DNA from: Nitrospirales bacterium
GTDB lineage: Bacteria; Nitrospirota; Nitrospiria; Nitrospirales; UBA8639
Reading direction: 5' to 3'
DNA length: 64,000 nt
Assembly: GCA_965203295.1 (NCBI GenBank)
Contig: CBDBCZ010000016.1
Span: forward strand, 1,120,001-1,184,000
Both the position numbers and the translations under genes were made by a program. The notes beneath the pieces are model-generated. The model was not told the DNA's origin. It was given only the letters and a program-made list of their open reading frames with translations, and did no database searches. Numbering within the stretch: the stretch's first letter is position 1; each line of letters starts with the position of its first letter. This document shows, piece after piece, positions 32,301 through 45,100 of this stretch.

Positions 32301-35300
32301 CCAACATCCTCAAAAGTATCTTCTGAAATATCCAAATGTTCAGTGAGTGGTGTTAGCCTAAGGCATTTAGCCATCCGGGGAGTTATGGACTCGTGAACAA
32401 ATATGTGTCTTTTTTCTGTTTCAGAAGACTTGAAGTATGTTTTCAGGAAGTCATTGTCTGTGTACACTACTTTACTGGCATCTACTAACTGTGGAAGACC
32501 AGTGGACTCAACTGGAACATACAGTACATCATCCACTGAGAGCTCGACATAATGCTTTCCATAGCCAGTCAGCCAAGAAAGAATGCTTCCAATTGTACTC
32601 CACGTTTTATCAACATTGAGTGTACTGCTATCCGTGTCTTTAATCTTTTTAAGTACAGAAATGATTTGTGACTGACTAGCAAAGTCGTTAACTCCAAATT
32701 TAGAGAACAGAGGTGAATACCTTGAGAGCTCACCTGGTAATATGTAGAGGTAAGGTTCAAGATCATGGTGGAAGCTGGGATGAGGCTTTAGCACAACCAT
32801 TTTGGAGCTAACAAAATTTCTGTGTTTGCTGATCCAAATCCACTCGACATATTTTAAGCCATTCAAATCTTGATTCGACAAATTCCTTTTAAAGTATCTG
32901 TAAATCATGTGAACAGTATCATTCACTAGATCTGTATCAATCCTGTGGTGATTGTTAATTATATACTGGAAATGTGCTAGTACATGCTTTACTAGACTTG
33001 TGGAGCATGCAGAAGCAAAAACAGTTGAAAGCTTCATAGATGGAGAGCAATCGACTACATACACCTGAGAGCCTGTAATGGTGGCGAGCTCATCATGACC
33101 ATGACAGGGAAACAGTACAGAACCATGGAGTGATGTGAGGTGGGAGGTGCAGGTGCTACCTTTCCAAGATAAGCATGTTGGATAGCATTTGGGAAGATGG
33201 GACTGAACTGGAAGCCAGCAGTACTTCAAAGCCAACAACTGCAGAGCTTTTTTCAAGGTGTATGAACGATTTTTGTGGCTTACTCTGACCGAACAATCAA
33301 AAATTGATTGCTTCTCAGAGCTCAAATATGAAAGGACTGCTTTTGCACGTGAAATTCTAGTTGGAGCCACAGATTGTGGACAGCCTGCAGTTGAACCTTC
33401 GGCTATGGACTCAATTATCTCCACAATTTCTTGAGCTGTGACTGAACAACGCAGTCCACAACTACGAAGTTGTAGTACGTACTGGTCAAAAGGAGGAATG
33501 GGAAATACTGGTTCACCTTGGTACAGTGCCTTGAGTGCTTCTTGTGAGGGGTCAAAGAGTTCTTCAGGAGATTTGGGTGAGCCTAATGTGCTGCCTTTTA
33601 AGAATTTTAAACTCCTCAACTCAGAGGTGAGTTCTGTAGCTGGAGAGTGGTATGACATACTGATGAGTACTTGCTCCATCAGATTGTCGATTTGATTGGG
33701 AGGATAGAATGTACATGTATTGTTTCTTATCATTGGAAACAGAAATTTGAGAAGAAATTCCAGTTTGGATGGTTTCTGAATACCAGGCATGGAATTCAGA
33801 AATGGGATATAGTTTTGTGCTCGTGATATAACAATGAGATTTGAGGGAAGGTAGCTGTAATCAATATCAAACTGCTCTGGCTCCACTACTATCTTTAATT
33901 TACCATTCTGTGTGACTTCATTTGCTGAGTAGAGTTTCTGATTTAGAGCAGTAAGAATAGGAAGGCACATTAAAGCTCTCAGGTTACCAGAGCATCGCTG
34001 TGACAGATTCACCTGAAGAATATGTGCCTCAGACTGTACGAATTCAGTGGTTTGAATCTCTGCTATTCTAGGATGAGCATTAGCAATTGCTGTTAGAATT
34101 CCATCAGATGTGAGGCTGTTCACATAGCAGGGAAGGTGTGCACGGTCCAAGTAAGGAAATTGACTGGGGTCAGTAAATCGAACCTGTAATTTGTTAAATG
34201 CCTGAAGTAAGTCACGAGAGCACTGTTGGGTATTAAGAGATAAAATAGAAGATCCAAAGCTATGTGTAAGCCTGGTAACCTGACAGGACTGTGGTGCACT
34301 CTGCTCATAACAAACCAGAGGGAGTATTAATTGTCCAAGAAATATACTGAGATCATGAGATCTTACCCAAGTCCAGAATGTTTTTAACCACTGTTCATAT
34401 GAATGAGGGAAGGAAACAGTCTGGCATGAGCGCCATTCACTGGGAAAATTCTCTGGAAGGAGTCTAGCCACTGCCTGCACATCCAAGTTCAGAATTTGTG
34501 TTTCCTTGGAAGAGGCAACGGCTAGTAATTTGGAATGTAAGTCAGAATCTTGCTTCTGTACATTTACCAATTGTTTACTCATGTGAGGTAATAAGGCTTG
34601 TGGATATTCTTCGTTACAAATGTAGTAATGCTGTGTATACAAGCCAACTTCTTCAAATTTCGCAAAGTTACCATCAGCTCGTGGAAGCAAAACGAGTCCC
34701 TGAAGATCAGAGTAGTTTGCATCTTCTAGGCAATATCTGAGAAGTTCATGCTTTTCATGGGCATCAATGTACATGTAAGAGCCACTCTGGTTCCGGAGGT
34801 GGCAACGGGTCAATCTTGATGAAATACAAGTAGGAGAGAATTGTGCAAGTTCAAAGGCATTCCAGATCCTCAGCGGCACATCCACAAGCCTGATTTTACA
34901 AGAGGAGAGAACACGATGCACTATCGGTGAGAATTGATCTTCCTTGGGTATAAACACTCCTTTTCCTGGCTTAATCCACCTTCCCACCCGAGTGTCTGAT
35001 CTCTCAGTCCGGACAACTGGTTCATTCATGAGGATCTCCAACAAGGGAAGCAAGAGACCGCTCCATTTAGTGGAATGAACACTGCCCACTTCTGGCCATG
35101 CATTGTAGAATTCCTCGGGTGTCAGGAAGTCCTTGGCTTTATCAAGCAGTAATGCATAGCACGGGGGAAGAAGCTGGTTTACAAGTAAGGTGTTCCACTC
35201 GGCAGTGGGATCATTCTTCCTCTCAATACCTGGCCATTTGAGTGTTCTTCGGTCGTCATTTAAGCTGAAAGTGCCATTAACATGCACAGGAAGAGGAGAT

Positions 35301-38300
35301 GAAGCTTCTGCTGGCATTGGAAGGAAACAAAAGATACGACCAGCAGAGGTCGGGGCAGTGCTACTTTTGAGCTCCAGAGCCACACCCACCCAGGGGTAAA
35401 CATGCTGTTTCATAGCTGCAGCCTGAACGTCTGGGCACCGAGATCCTACCTGGTTGGCAACCAGCCAGTGGCTCTGTGTGGTGTGGTCACCATCTGTCAC
35501 TTTTATATGGAAGTCAGTCACAGTGTGCTGGCTGATACTGTAAGACTGCGACACTGGTTTTAATTTCAATTGGTCCATGATATTCTTTCGGTCTTGGTTT
35601 GCTTGCTGTTTTTCTACTATTTCCACTCGAAACAACTTCTGTTCCCTATATTTCGGAGTACCCTCAGGCTCAGCCCACAAACACTCCTCAGGCACTAACT
35701 CAGTAAGCTCAAGTACTTCGATAGTATCAACGGAGCGGAGGAACAGTAGGAGGAATTTTGCCTCTTCTTTGAGAGCTGCTAGCAGTTCATGCAATTTCGA
35801 AATCGTGTAGAGGTTCTTTGAAAGCTCAGAGCAAGTGTCACGAAGAGGAAAGCGGAAAAGGGTGCCGGGATAATTGCTAGTCATGTTAGCAGAGAATCCA
35901 CACACATTATCAAATGGAGCAAGAAGAGTATCTCGACCCTGAAATCGAAGCTTTGCTATGTCAAAACACTTTCCCGACTCTCCCTTCCATACCTTCTCCT
36001 GTGGCTCAAGGTAGGCCAGGTTTGGACCACTTAAGATCACTGGAAGGTCTAGAGGAAAAGATGTTACCCATAAACCAATCAGAAGTGACTGCCCAGTTGT
36101 CGATTGGTGTCAAATGTCAAACTGAATACTAGTGAGTTTGGAGAACAATAATTATGTAGTACTACATCTGTCCAGCATACCACATATGCTGTTTTGCGCT
36201 AATTATCATATAGGAGGATAATTTGGTAAGGATTTAATTATTATTCACTAAAATAATAATAGCCTGCTCTTGTCATTTTGCTAAATTTTATGTTTGCCAA
36301 ATTCTTGTGCTATACGGTATTCAACTTCTGCATGCCATATGCAGATGCATGTACATAGAAATTAGTAACTGCATTCACTTCCTGCTGGAATTTATGAGGT
36401 TCTTCAATATAAAAGTTGGTCATGATACAGGCATTACTACAGCCTTACCAGGCCTCCCTACACACACACTCAACATAATGAAGAAAAGTGCTATTATTTA
36501 CAACCACTGTCACAGTAAAAGGTACCCTCAAATTCAGGGCGTACTTGCCCAGACTTTATCTCAGAACTTTAGAGAAAAGTTGAACAGTAAGGCCTGGAAG
36601 GATTTTATGCGTGATATGTGCCACTAATGATGTGTAAACTACTTCTGTTGTTGGAGTCATAAACTGCAAACAAATGAACTGCGTGCACCATGCAAAACTC
36701 GCAGTTTATGATTTAGAAAATGAGTTTGTTGTCTGTCTCATTTGCAGTTGTTTAATTATTTTCTGTGAATAGATACCACCCTCAAATTGTGCTGCACCTC
36801 CAGAAGTGTTGAACGAAATAGTGGCTGCCCTTGATTAGTAGCCGCAACTAAAATCTAAGTACCGCAAGAATAAGCAACAAAATATACAACAAGAGAAGAA
36901 AAATACGTAAGACTTTGCTAGCCAAAAGTTATCGGAACTCACTTTAGACTTCTTGTGTTAGAGGTCTGAGAAGGGGTCGTCGTTCTACGAAGGCTGCCTG
37001 TCAATCTATAGGCCTACTCTCAATATTTCCGCCAAAAACAACTGGCATTGTGCTTTATGATAAATTTTCATTAGTGTTGAGGCACAAAGGAAAAATAAAT
37101 GGATGTTTGCACTACATTTAGCCGCACTGCAGAGATCAAAAAGTTGTTTTAAACCAGATAGGATTATCTCAGTTGGAGTCTGCAAAACAGTGCGTAAACA
37201 AGTGGATCACTTTACTACCCTATTTCTCCGATTTCAGAAGAAAGGAAATACCCATTAGTAACGCACATTTGTACCAACTTGTTCTATCCCCATGAAAGAA
37301 ATAGCTTGGCTTCCTGAGTAAAGTGATCTTGTTGCACAGCACATAACTGCACATTCTCTGCTACTGGGGCTGCAACTGAGGTGGATCACTTAATTTGGTT
37401 TTGCAGTGCAGCAAACAAATAAATGCCACCCTTGATTAGTCTCTGCCCTTGAAAAGTGGCCGCAGAAATTACATGATGAAATAATAAATAGCTGCAAGTG
37501 TCTGATTGCGGAAATTTGGTATGTATTCTTGACCAAAATGCAAAAAGTAATCAAACCTGTACCCATGTATTGTGTCCACGCATCTAAAATTTAAACAGCA
37601 ACTAACTAGTCACTATGACCGTACTACTTTTACTGCATGTATGTGTACTGATCGAATCAATCGTAGTGTTGTGCAGCGATACACTAGTAGCTAAGCATCA
37701 TCGCCAAGTTTAAGCTGCTTCTTTATTACCATACCAGTGTAAAACAAGCAAAAAATGGGTACGTGTAGTGGATGATGACATGCATTCTATCACTCAATAT
37801 ATGCATAGAATTTAACAATGTAATATGAGAGCTATACTACCTAGCTCTAATACCGTAGTCATAAATAAAATAGATAATACCGTATAGCGGGAAATTTTAG
37901 CCGGGGGTAAAATTTCGCCAATTTCGCCAGTCGGTTACAGCGGTGAAAGTTAAACCGGTAAAAAAAAATTCCATTGACAAAAGCCATTTCTGACAAGTGA
38001 ATCATGACTTTACCAAGATGCTTGCTAGTTATGCAATGACGCAGCGAGCTCACTAAATTCATTGTCTCAGACTCTCACAGACCTCGTTTGCGGCAATGGT
38101 CTGCGAAGCTAGCTATGCCAGCCCGAGGACTAGCCTTGCTGCCAGCCTGCGAGCTCGAGACTACTGCAGGACCTCTTACCCTGTTACTGATGATTGACAA
38201 ATGGAGACAATGGCGGAAATCAGAACGATTTTCAATCTCCATGAACCAGGTAGGCTCTCTCTTTCTACTTGGACTTAGCTAACTGCACGCATGTTAAATA

Positions 38301-39693
38301 AAATCAAAACTTTGGAGGCGTGCGTTCGAAAATAAAATTGGCGAATATTTTCCACTATACTTTGCAACTGTAGTTGGCGAAATTCTTCCCTGGTGAAATA
38401 TTCCCACTGTACGGTAGTTGAAATACATGTAGCTATCTTACCTGTGATGTGATACACAGAGTTGAATCCAATGCCAAACTTTCCTACTTTTAAAGGGTCT
38501 TTAGCTTTGCCGCTCTGTTGGATCTTTTGTATGCCCTTCCAGTCACCTTCTTTAAATTTTTCATCGTTATAAGCCAGGAGGGCAGGGCCCTGGAACCTTG
38601 CTAGCTCAGGATTATCCAATGAACTGGTTCCATGCTGTCTGCAATCCAAATAAAAACGCACTGTCCTAGCACCTGCATCATCGGCATTCTGGATTATCTC
38701 CTGCAAAACAAAAAGATTAGTCACCCATAGAGCCTTCTTAAACTTACACAACACACACATGGCCTAATATAGTTACCTAGCCTCACCGTACCCAGGCCCA
38801 TACACAACAGTGCTACAATCTACCAATAGTTTGGTCATGTACTATTAGTCTCGTTCCAGCCCGTCGGGCTGGGAACGAGACTAATGTAATTATATTAACG
38901 TGCGCAGTCACGCGCCATTTACTGCACTTAATTACATTCCACATTGCATTCCAATTAAGACGCTAATAAATTAAAACGTAGCCATCAATAAAGCGTTACT
39001 GAGAAATAACTTACCGGTCAGCAGTTTGAGTGATTCCGTGGTACCACAGGTGTGACAGAAACGGAAAGCTACACTGACTCAATATAACCTATAGCCTAGC
39101 TAGCCTCGTTCCGTAGCTGTCGGCAAGGTGAGACTATTTACTAGATTTCTATCGACAGAACGGCTAGACACTGCCCTTTTAGGCTTGTACCAACTAAATT
39201 AATACATCAATATAGCTAGGCTATAGCCTCGTTCCCAGGCTCTACTTCCCAGCTTTTTTTCGCACGAAGTAAAAAAAAGCTGGGAAGTAGAGCCTGGCAG
39301 TAGCATTGCAGCGACTCACTCGGGTTTCAAGCCTGAAAGCGCTTTAGCTCACTGACAGACAAGCGGATTCCAAGTACTTTTGTCATAGATGAGGCTATAT
39401 TATCTATGCTTTTGTACAAAGCAGCTCTATAGAGAATCCATCCAGGATATAAAATTTTTGCAGGGCGGGTTAGTATCGCAAGCAATTCAAGTACAGTTCG
39501 CTAGATCTATATGGCTCATCTAATACCATAGATAGTAGAGTAGAAGTCCTTCTACTCTACTATCTATGCTAATACAATGTACCTTGAAGATTTGTCCGTC
39601 CGGGTATCTTTCAAGGATGTCTTTGATCATCGTGGAGAGGGGAGGCCGCCTCTGACCAAACCCGCGGGTTATTTTGTCGTCCAAGGCTTCCAT
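23318..39693 (-). CDS. SACS: Sacsin-like protein (3 GHKL/Hsp90-like sacsin repeats, J-domain, HEPN), about 4366 aa
   Basis: Exons 39693-39583 (MEALDD..FGQRRPPL..YPDGQIFK), 38700-38442 (EIIQNADDA..GKFGIGFNSVYHIT) and 36048-23318 (DLPVILSG...). Phases fit; 13101 nt. Repeats 2 and 3: ELIQNADDA (about 32201-32227) and ELLQNADDA (about 29276-29302). J-domain RLYLKWHPDKN (HPD at 24005-24013). HEPN WLAQAKSDL..EVAEKALKA..YLDTRFPN. Orthology versus a lineage-specific paralog is not resolved. Confidence 0.93.
37878..38416. mobile_element. MITE with TACCGTA terminal inverted repeats in sacsin intron 2
   Basis: taccgtatagcgggaaattttagccggggg..tttcgccaa at the left end; ttggcgaaa..ccctggtgaaatattcccactgtacggta at the right end. 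Confidence 0.75.
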
Positions 39694-40945
39694 CTTGCAT
39701 GGAGCCACCGTCACTGAATATTAATACCGTTGGACTGTATGTGTGGCACATAATTTTCAGGGTATAATACTAAACATGTAATAATCAGGGAGGCAATGCA
39801 GAAGGTAGACACTGTTTAATATACATGCCGTATCTTCTTTACCTTTAATAGCCATTGATATCTTCAGTAATATACTACGCTGGAACCATGAACTACACTC
39901 ACGTAGGCTAACAAGTAAATCTGACTGCAAGAATTCTCTAGCACAGATTTTAAGAAATCAATAATGATATTCATTAGCTTCATGTCACGCCACTATATGA
40001 CACGTGCCCACTACCACTATCAACTATCACCCCCTCAATCATGTACTGGTACCAACATGATTTGTGCCCTGCATTGTTTAGTAGCTATATAGCATGCACT
40101 GTTACAGTAGCCCTGTATAGCTAGCTATAGCGCGCAGCATATAGCTTCCCTCATCATGGGTATCTCAGGCCAACATGCAACCCCCTGTATTTAGCTATAA
40201 TATTATAGCTGCTGGTATTGGTATAGCTACATGTACTGCCTTTGTCATCCAAATTATGGAGTAATTTTGACAATAAGCAGAAGTTAATTATTTTGTTAAG
40301 AGAGAATTCATCTTTCTTGCCATCATTACCTTTAACATGCAGACCCGCCCATCCCAAGAAGTTGTAATTAGTGCCACCTATATATTCATCATCTTCCTGA
40401 TAGTGTACATGAATATCAGTTCCTATAAAATCACCTCTATTTCTGTTTTAAGAACAAAATATCAAAGTAAATGGACAATGTAATCACGAGAGAAGTGCAT
40501 GTGAGTGGCAATGAAACAAGGACCTATTAAGGGTGTGCTAGTTAACTAAATCAATTACAAAATTAATGAGTCAGGAGAATGGCTGTCCCCTCAAAGACCC
40601 CAAAAATGCTGGATATATGCTGTGTGCCATTGCATCCCACAATCTGAATTCCTCACTGCAGTGGAGGAGAATAATGGTAATTCACCCTTCACAAAAGTGT
40701 AATAAACAATAGCTACTGAATTGTGCAAGCAGTTGTAGTCTGCTTTCTCTTCCTTCTCCTTGCTGCTGATGTAATTGAGTGACTTCATGTCCTCACTTAT
40801 TGTCAGGGCAGTCAACACATCTACTCAGTCTGCATGTACCCATCAGTCACCCGAACAAAACGAAGTGCTAGAACATACAACATCAAATTATGACAGTGTG
40901 AATCTGTAGACTAGCTAACAGGAGAGGAAGCGTCAACCTCCTGAC

Positions 40946-41350
40946 GGCCTTGAAAAATTACACTAGCATATTTTTGAGAATAAGAGGTACACAAAAGCAT
41001 TATATATAATTTTGCAAACTTTTAAGAATGATAGGTCATAACTTATCACTTATACCTAGGCTAAAGTAATTGTACCAGATCAGCTGTTCTCTGCAACTAC
41101 AGAGCGAGTGTTTTATGTGTTGTGAAATACACTCTCCAATTGCAATCAGCAGCAATTGTCTCTGGAAAATTATCTGCTATGTTACAATACAATTACTGTC
41201 GAGTAGTTTTTCAACGTTTTGTCATGTAGCTACTGTGGAATTTGAGAAATATATTGAGAATAATAGGACAACTTAAAAAGTATAATCAGTATGTCTTGTG
41301 AATAGGGAAAGAGAATAATAGGGAGGAAAAAAGGATAATTGGTCAAGGCC
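40946..41350. mobile_element. MITE with GGCCTTGA...TCAAGGCC termini
   Basis: Terminal inverted octamer; internal sequence recurs at 21501-22070. Confidence 0.6.
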
Positions 41351-42124
41351 TAATGTTTTGTTAAAATAATGATGCCTTTCGATACTCCTTTAAAAAGACG
41401 TGTCACTGAGCCGGACACCCCATAGTTGTTGTTTGTTGCACTATTCCTGTGTGCAAAAAGAATGCCTCCATATTATAAGCTGAGTTGTCTTGAAATACAT
41501 TTTGTGTTAGGCTAATGACACTATTTGCACATGCATGAATTGCACCTTTAAGTTGCTACATGTAAATGTACCATTGGTAAAAATACAAATTGACATTACA
41601 GAGGCTGCGATAGGTAACACTCCAACAGTATTCACTTTTTAAGGTTGCCATAATCAAGATCAATGTGCCGTGGGCCACACTCGTACACTCATAGAGTTAA
41701 TACTTAACATTATTACAATTTCTAAACTCTCTCTCTAGCTCTCTTTGCACAAACGCAGCATTACATCTCTTTAGATGGAGCGAACAATGGGTGGCTTCAC
41801 ATGGTCTGAGTCTAAATAATATACAGGTGCATGAGTCTGATCAAATAATAGGCATGGTTCAGAGCAAGACCTCTGCTACAAGTGCGAACTCTACCTGTTT
41901 GTTGTCAAGGGCTGTAGGCTTCAGCTGAAAAAGTAATAGCCAATTACCTTGGTGTGGTATTCAACAGAGAATGTAGCAGCATGTACCATGCAATGATAAC
42001 TTAAATTCTCAAATACAGAGAACACCCATTATGAACACTAATTCAATTAAACCAAGACTAACAATCCAAGTATCAACACTAAGATTTTGTGTCTATATTT
42101 AGCTGCTACATGCTACTATACAAG

Positions 42125-45100
42125 TTATTCAATGTCGAATCTGAAGGTGAAAGGGCGACTACTGTCACAGGATCTTCCAAATACATTGATCCTGAAGTGA
42201 TGATTCCCCTCACTCAGATTGCTCAGTCTGTAGGGACTTTCACCTGGCAGTGCATGGTATGTATACATGTACATAAAGTACCAAAATACCAAGGGGCTAT
42301 AAAGTCCTTAACAATATAATCTGGAACAATCCATTGCTGTGAAGATCCGTAAAGTACTCTTCAACTATGAATGAGAATGTGCTACAATATGACTTACACG
42401 CCTGAGCTCCCCCACGATCCAAGTTGCAGGTGAATGTACGCTGCCCAGGCCCATCGCTCGCAAACTCGACCATGACAGATTCACCATCAACCGTCAACCC
42501 ACGGCCAACAAAGTGCGTAGTGCAGGTGCCAGGGCTTGTAATTGCCACGCTGCTGGAAATGTCATCTCTCTCACGACCAGATGTAGCAGTTACTCGTATA
42601 AAGTAGTTATCAAGTGCAAGGTCATCGATGGTGACAGTCTCTCCCACTTGGCCTAAGTCAGGGATATCAAGGAGTAAGCTACTGTATAATGGGTTAGGGC
42701 TATATTGGTATACTACGTTTGTACTAATGGCATGGTATACAAAGTTGGGACTATTGGTATTCAGAGTGGGGAGGTACAGAGTTTTGGGACCAATGGTATA
42801 CAGAGCCTGGTGAAGTGTATGGTATAGAGAGGTGTCCTTATTTCAGGGGTGTACAGGGTTGGGATTAATGGTATACAGAGACGGGACTACAGACATGCAT
42901 AAGATTGCAATTGCAAATTGCAACCAGTAAGAATACAGCCGTTAAAATAACATGACCTTAGATGAACACTCAACATGGGTAGGTATTTGTGAAGATGACA
43001 TTGCATTTATGTTGCTATATAACTTCTTCCATGTATAGGTAGCTACATGTACTTGTCACAAAATTCAATTTACTTACAGTCGACTGTCATTCCACGATTG
43101 ATCTGACAACGAATATTAGCGTCATCTCTGTTAGTCATCACCTGGAATACGATGCTGTTGCCCACCACTCTGGGGGTATTTCCAGTGAAACGAACTTCCA
43201 GGTCCCTGGGAGGGGGCTCTGTGGTATGGGCAGGTTGGCAAGACTATTATGTAGTGCACTAAGAAGGAGTGTGCTGGCTACAGTTGCAATCAGGTCACTA
43301 TCGTTATATCATACACTTCCACTCTAGAAAACTAATTGTATGTTTTGGAGAGATTTGGAAGCATTGATTTTATATTACATATATGGAGTGTCCGCGCCAT
43401 CCCGTCATAGAGAGTCTATTGACTCTCTGATAGCTTCCCTCCAATTAACGTATGAAGTCAGTGTATTGAGAGAAGAACATGAGTGTTAAGAAGTCAGAGT
43501 TGTTGGAAGTCCCAACATGTCACCTATAGTATACATATACTGCACAAACTGCCTTATTGTAGTGTTACTGACATACCACCATCGTTATCCACAATGACTA
43601 CTGTTGCTTCTCCACGGTCTGGGCTGACAAAGATTCCAGTTTCAGACGACATCAGACGGACTCTAAAGGTCTCAGGACGCTCGGCGAGGTCATCATCAAT
43701 AATCCTGAACGACAGCACCCTTTGGTCTCCTGTGAATTCTTCAGGTTCCCTACTGAGGGACCCTATTTGTGGACCACGATGGCTAAGATAGTCCTCTCCA
43801 TCTGCCAATACAGTTGGAACAATCACTTATATTTTATGTGCTGTTCAACAGCTGTACATGTATATATACACAAGACTAAATGCTGATTTATAGTAAACGT
43901 ACTTGTGGCATTGCGATCCTCAGTGTAGTAAGTAAAGACAACAGGCCTGTCTATCACTGGTACTCTTGAACCAAGTAGCTGTACAGTCAGTTCCACTTCA
44001 CCAGCATCTTCCCTCACATGGTACACTGGCTGATCAAACCCAATCACTGCAACTGCAGAAACATAGGTGACAGGGATATACTCTCAATCACATCACTAGT
44101 GTGTACAAAATCAACTATAGCTTACCCCAGTAAGTAAGACATTCATTAACATGGTTTTAATCATTGGCCTGCCGGCCGGCCAATACTTCAGTGAGGCATT
44201 ATCATGCTGTTTCTCTATGTGATGAATTCAGTACCAGGTACTAGACTAACAATATTATTTCAGTAATCTATGGCCCTAGTTGGCTTAAGTAAGTGGAGTA
44301 AGCGCATAACGTATACTATTACATTGCAGAATGTAGCCCAATACTTTACAATAACACTTAATTATTCAGCACAAAAATATCAAGTTCTGATCAGAGTACC
44401 TTAGGTTAGACCAGTTTAAAGCTAAGGCTTGAAATGTAAGAGGTGTAGCATCATTCCCAGGCCTGCCAAAAAAGGTTGAGACATGTGAACAAGGCTATAG
44501 GAGGTGTACCTTCATCATCTACAATGTAGACAATAGTAGTGTCTAACCCTGGAACCACTTCCACAAAGCGACTCGCAATTATGCCAGCAGGAGAAACTCT
44601 GAGCAGGAAAGACTCAACGAACTCAAACACATTATCATCTATGATAAATTCATTACGAAGTTCTTCACTATTGAAACAAACACGGGTTTCGCCGGGCAGT
44701 AGTATTAGAGGAACAGATCCACCACGAAAATCAATTTGGTCTGCAAGAAAGGAAATGGAATGGGTAATTACTACATGATGTCAACAATGGTTACAGTGGA
44801 ACCCCTGCAATGTGGACACCTAGGGGACCTGGTAAAGTGTCCTGTATAGAGCATATTTGGGGCACAGCAACATGTCCTAAGTACAGAGCGGTCCTTAATT
44901 CAAGGATGTCTTTTAAGAGGTGTTCCATGGTATACCATCTTTATTCTATCCAGGTCCCCAAGGTGTCCACATTAGAGAGGTTCCACTGCATTCCCAGAGT
45001 ATACTAGCCAAATGTACAGCGTATTTCTGCACGACTTTTTCTTTGGCTTGGTACAAATCAAACCCTAGTGCAGCCTTTATCACAAAACTGGCCTGTTATA

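Noticed and set aside
23318..36040. Bacterial contamination or HGT as the explanation for the 4240-aa ORF
   Set aside because: It is the last exon of a spliced gene with canonical introns and the metazoan sacsin J-domain-HEPN ending.
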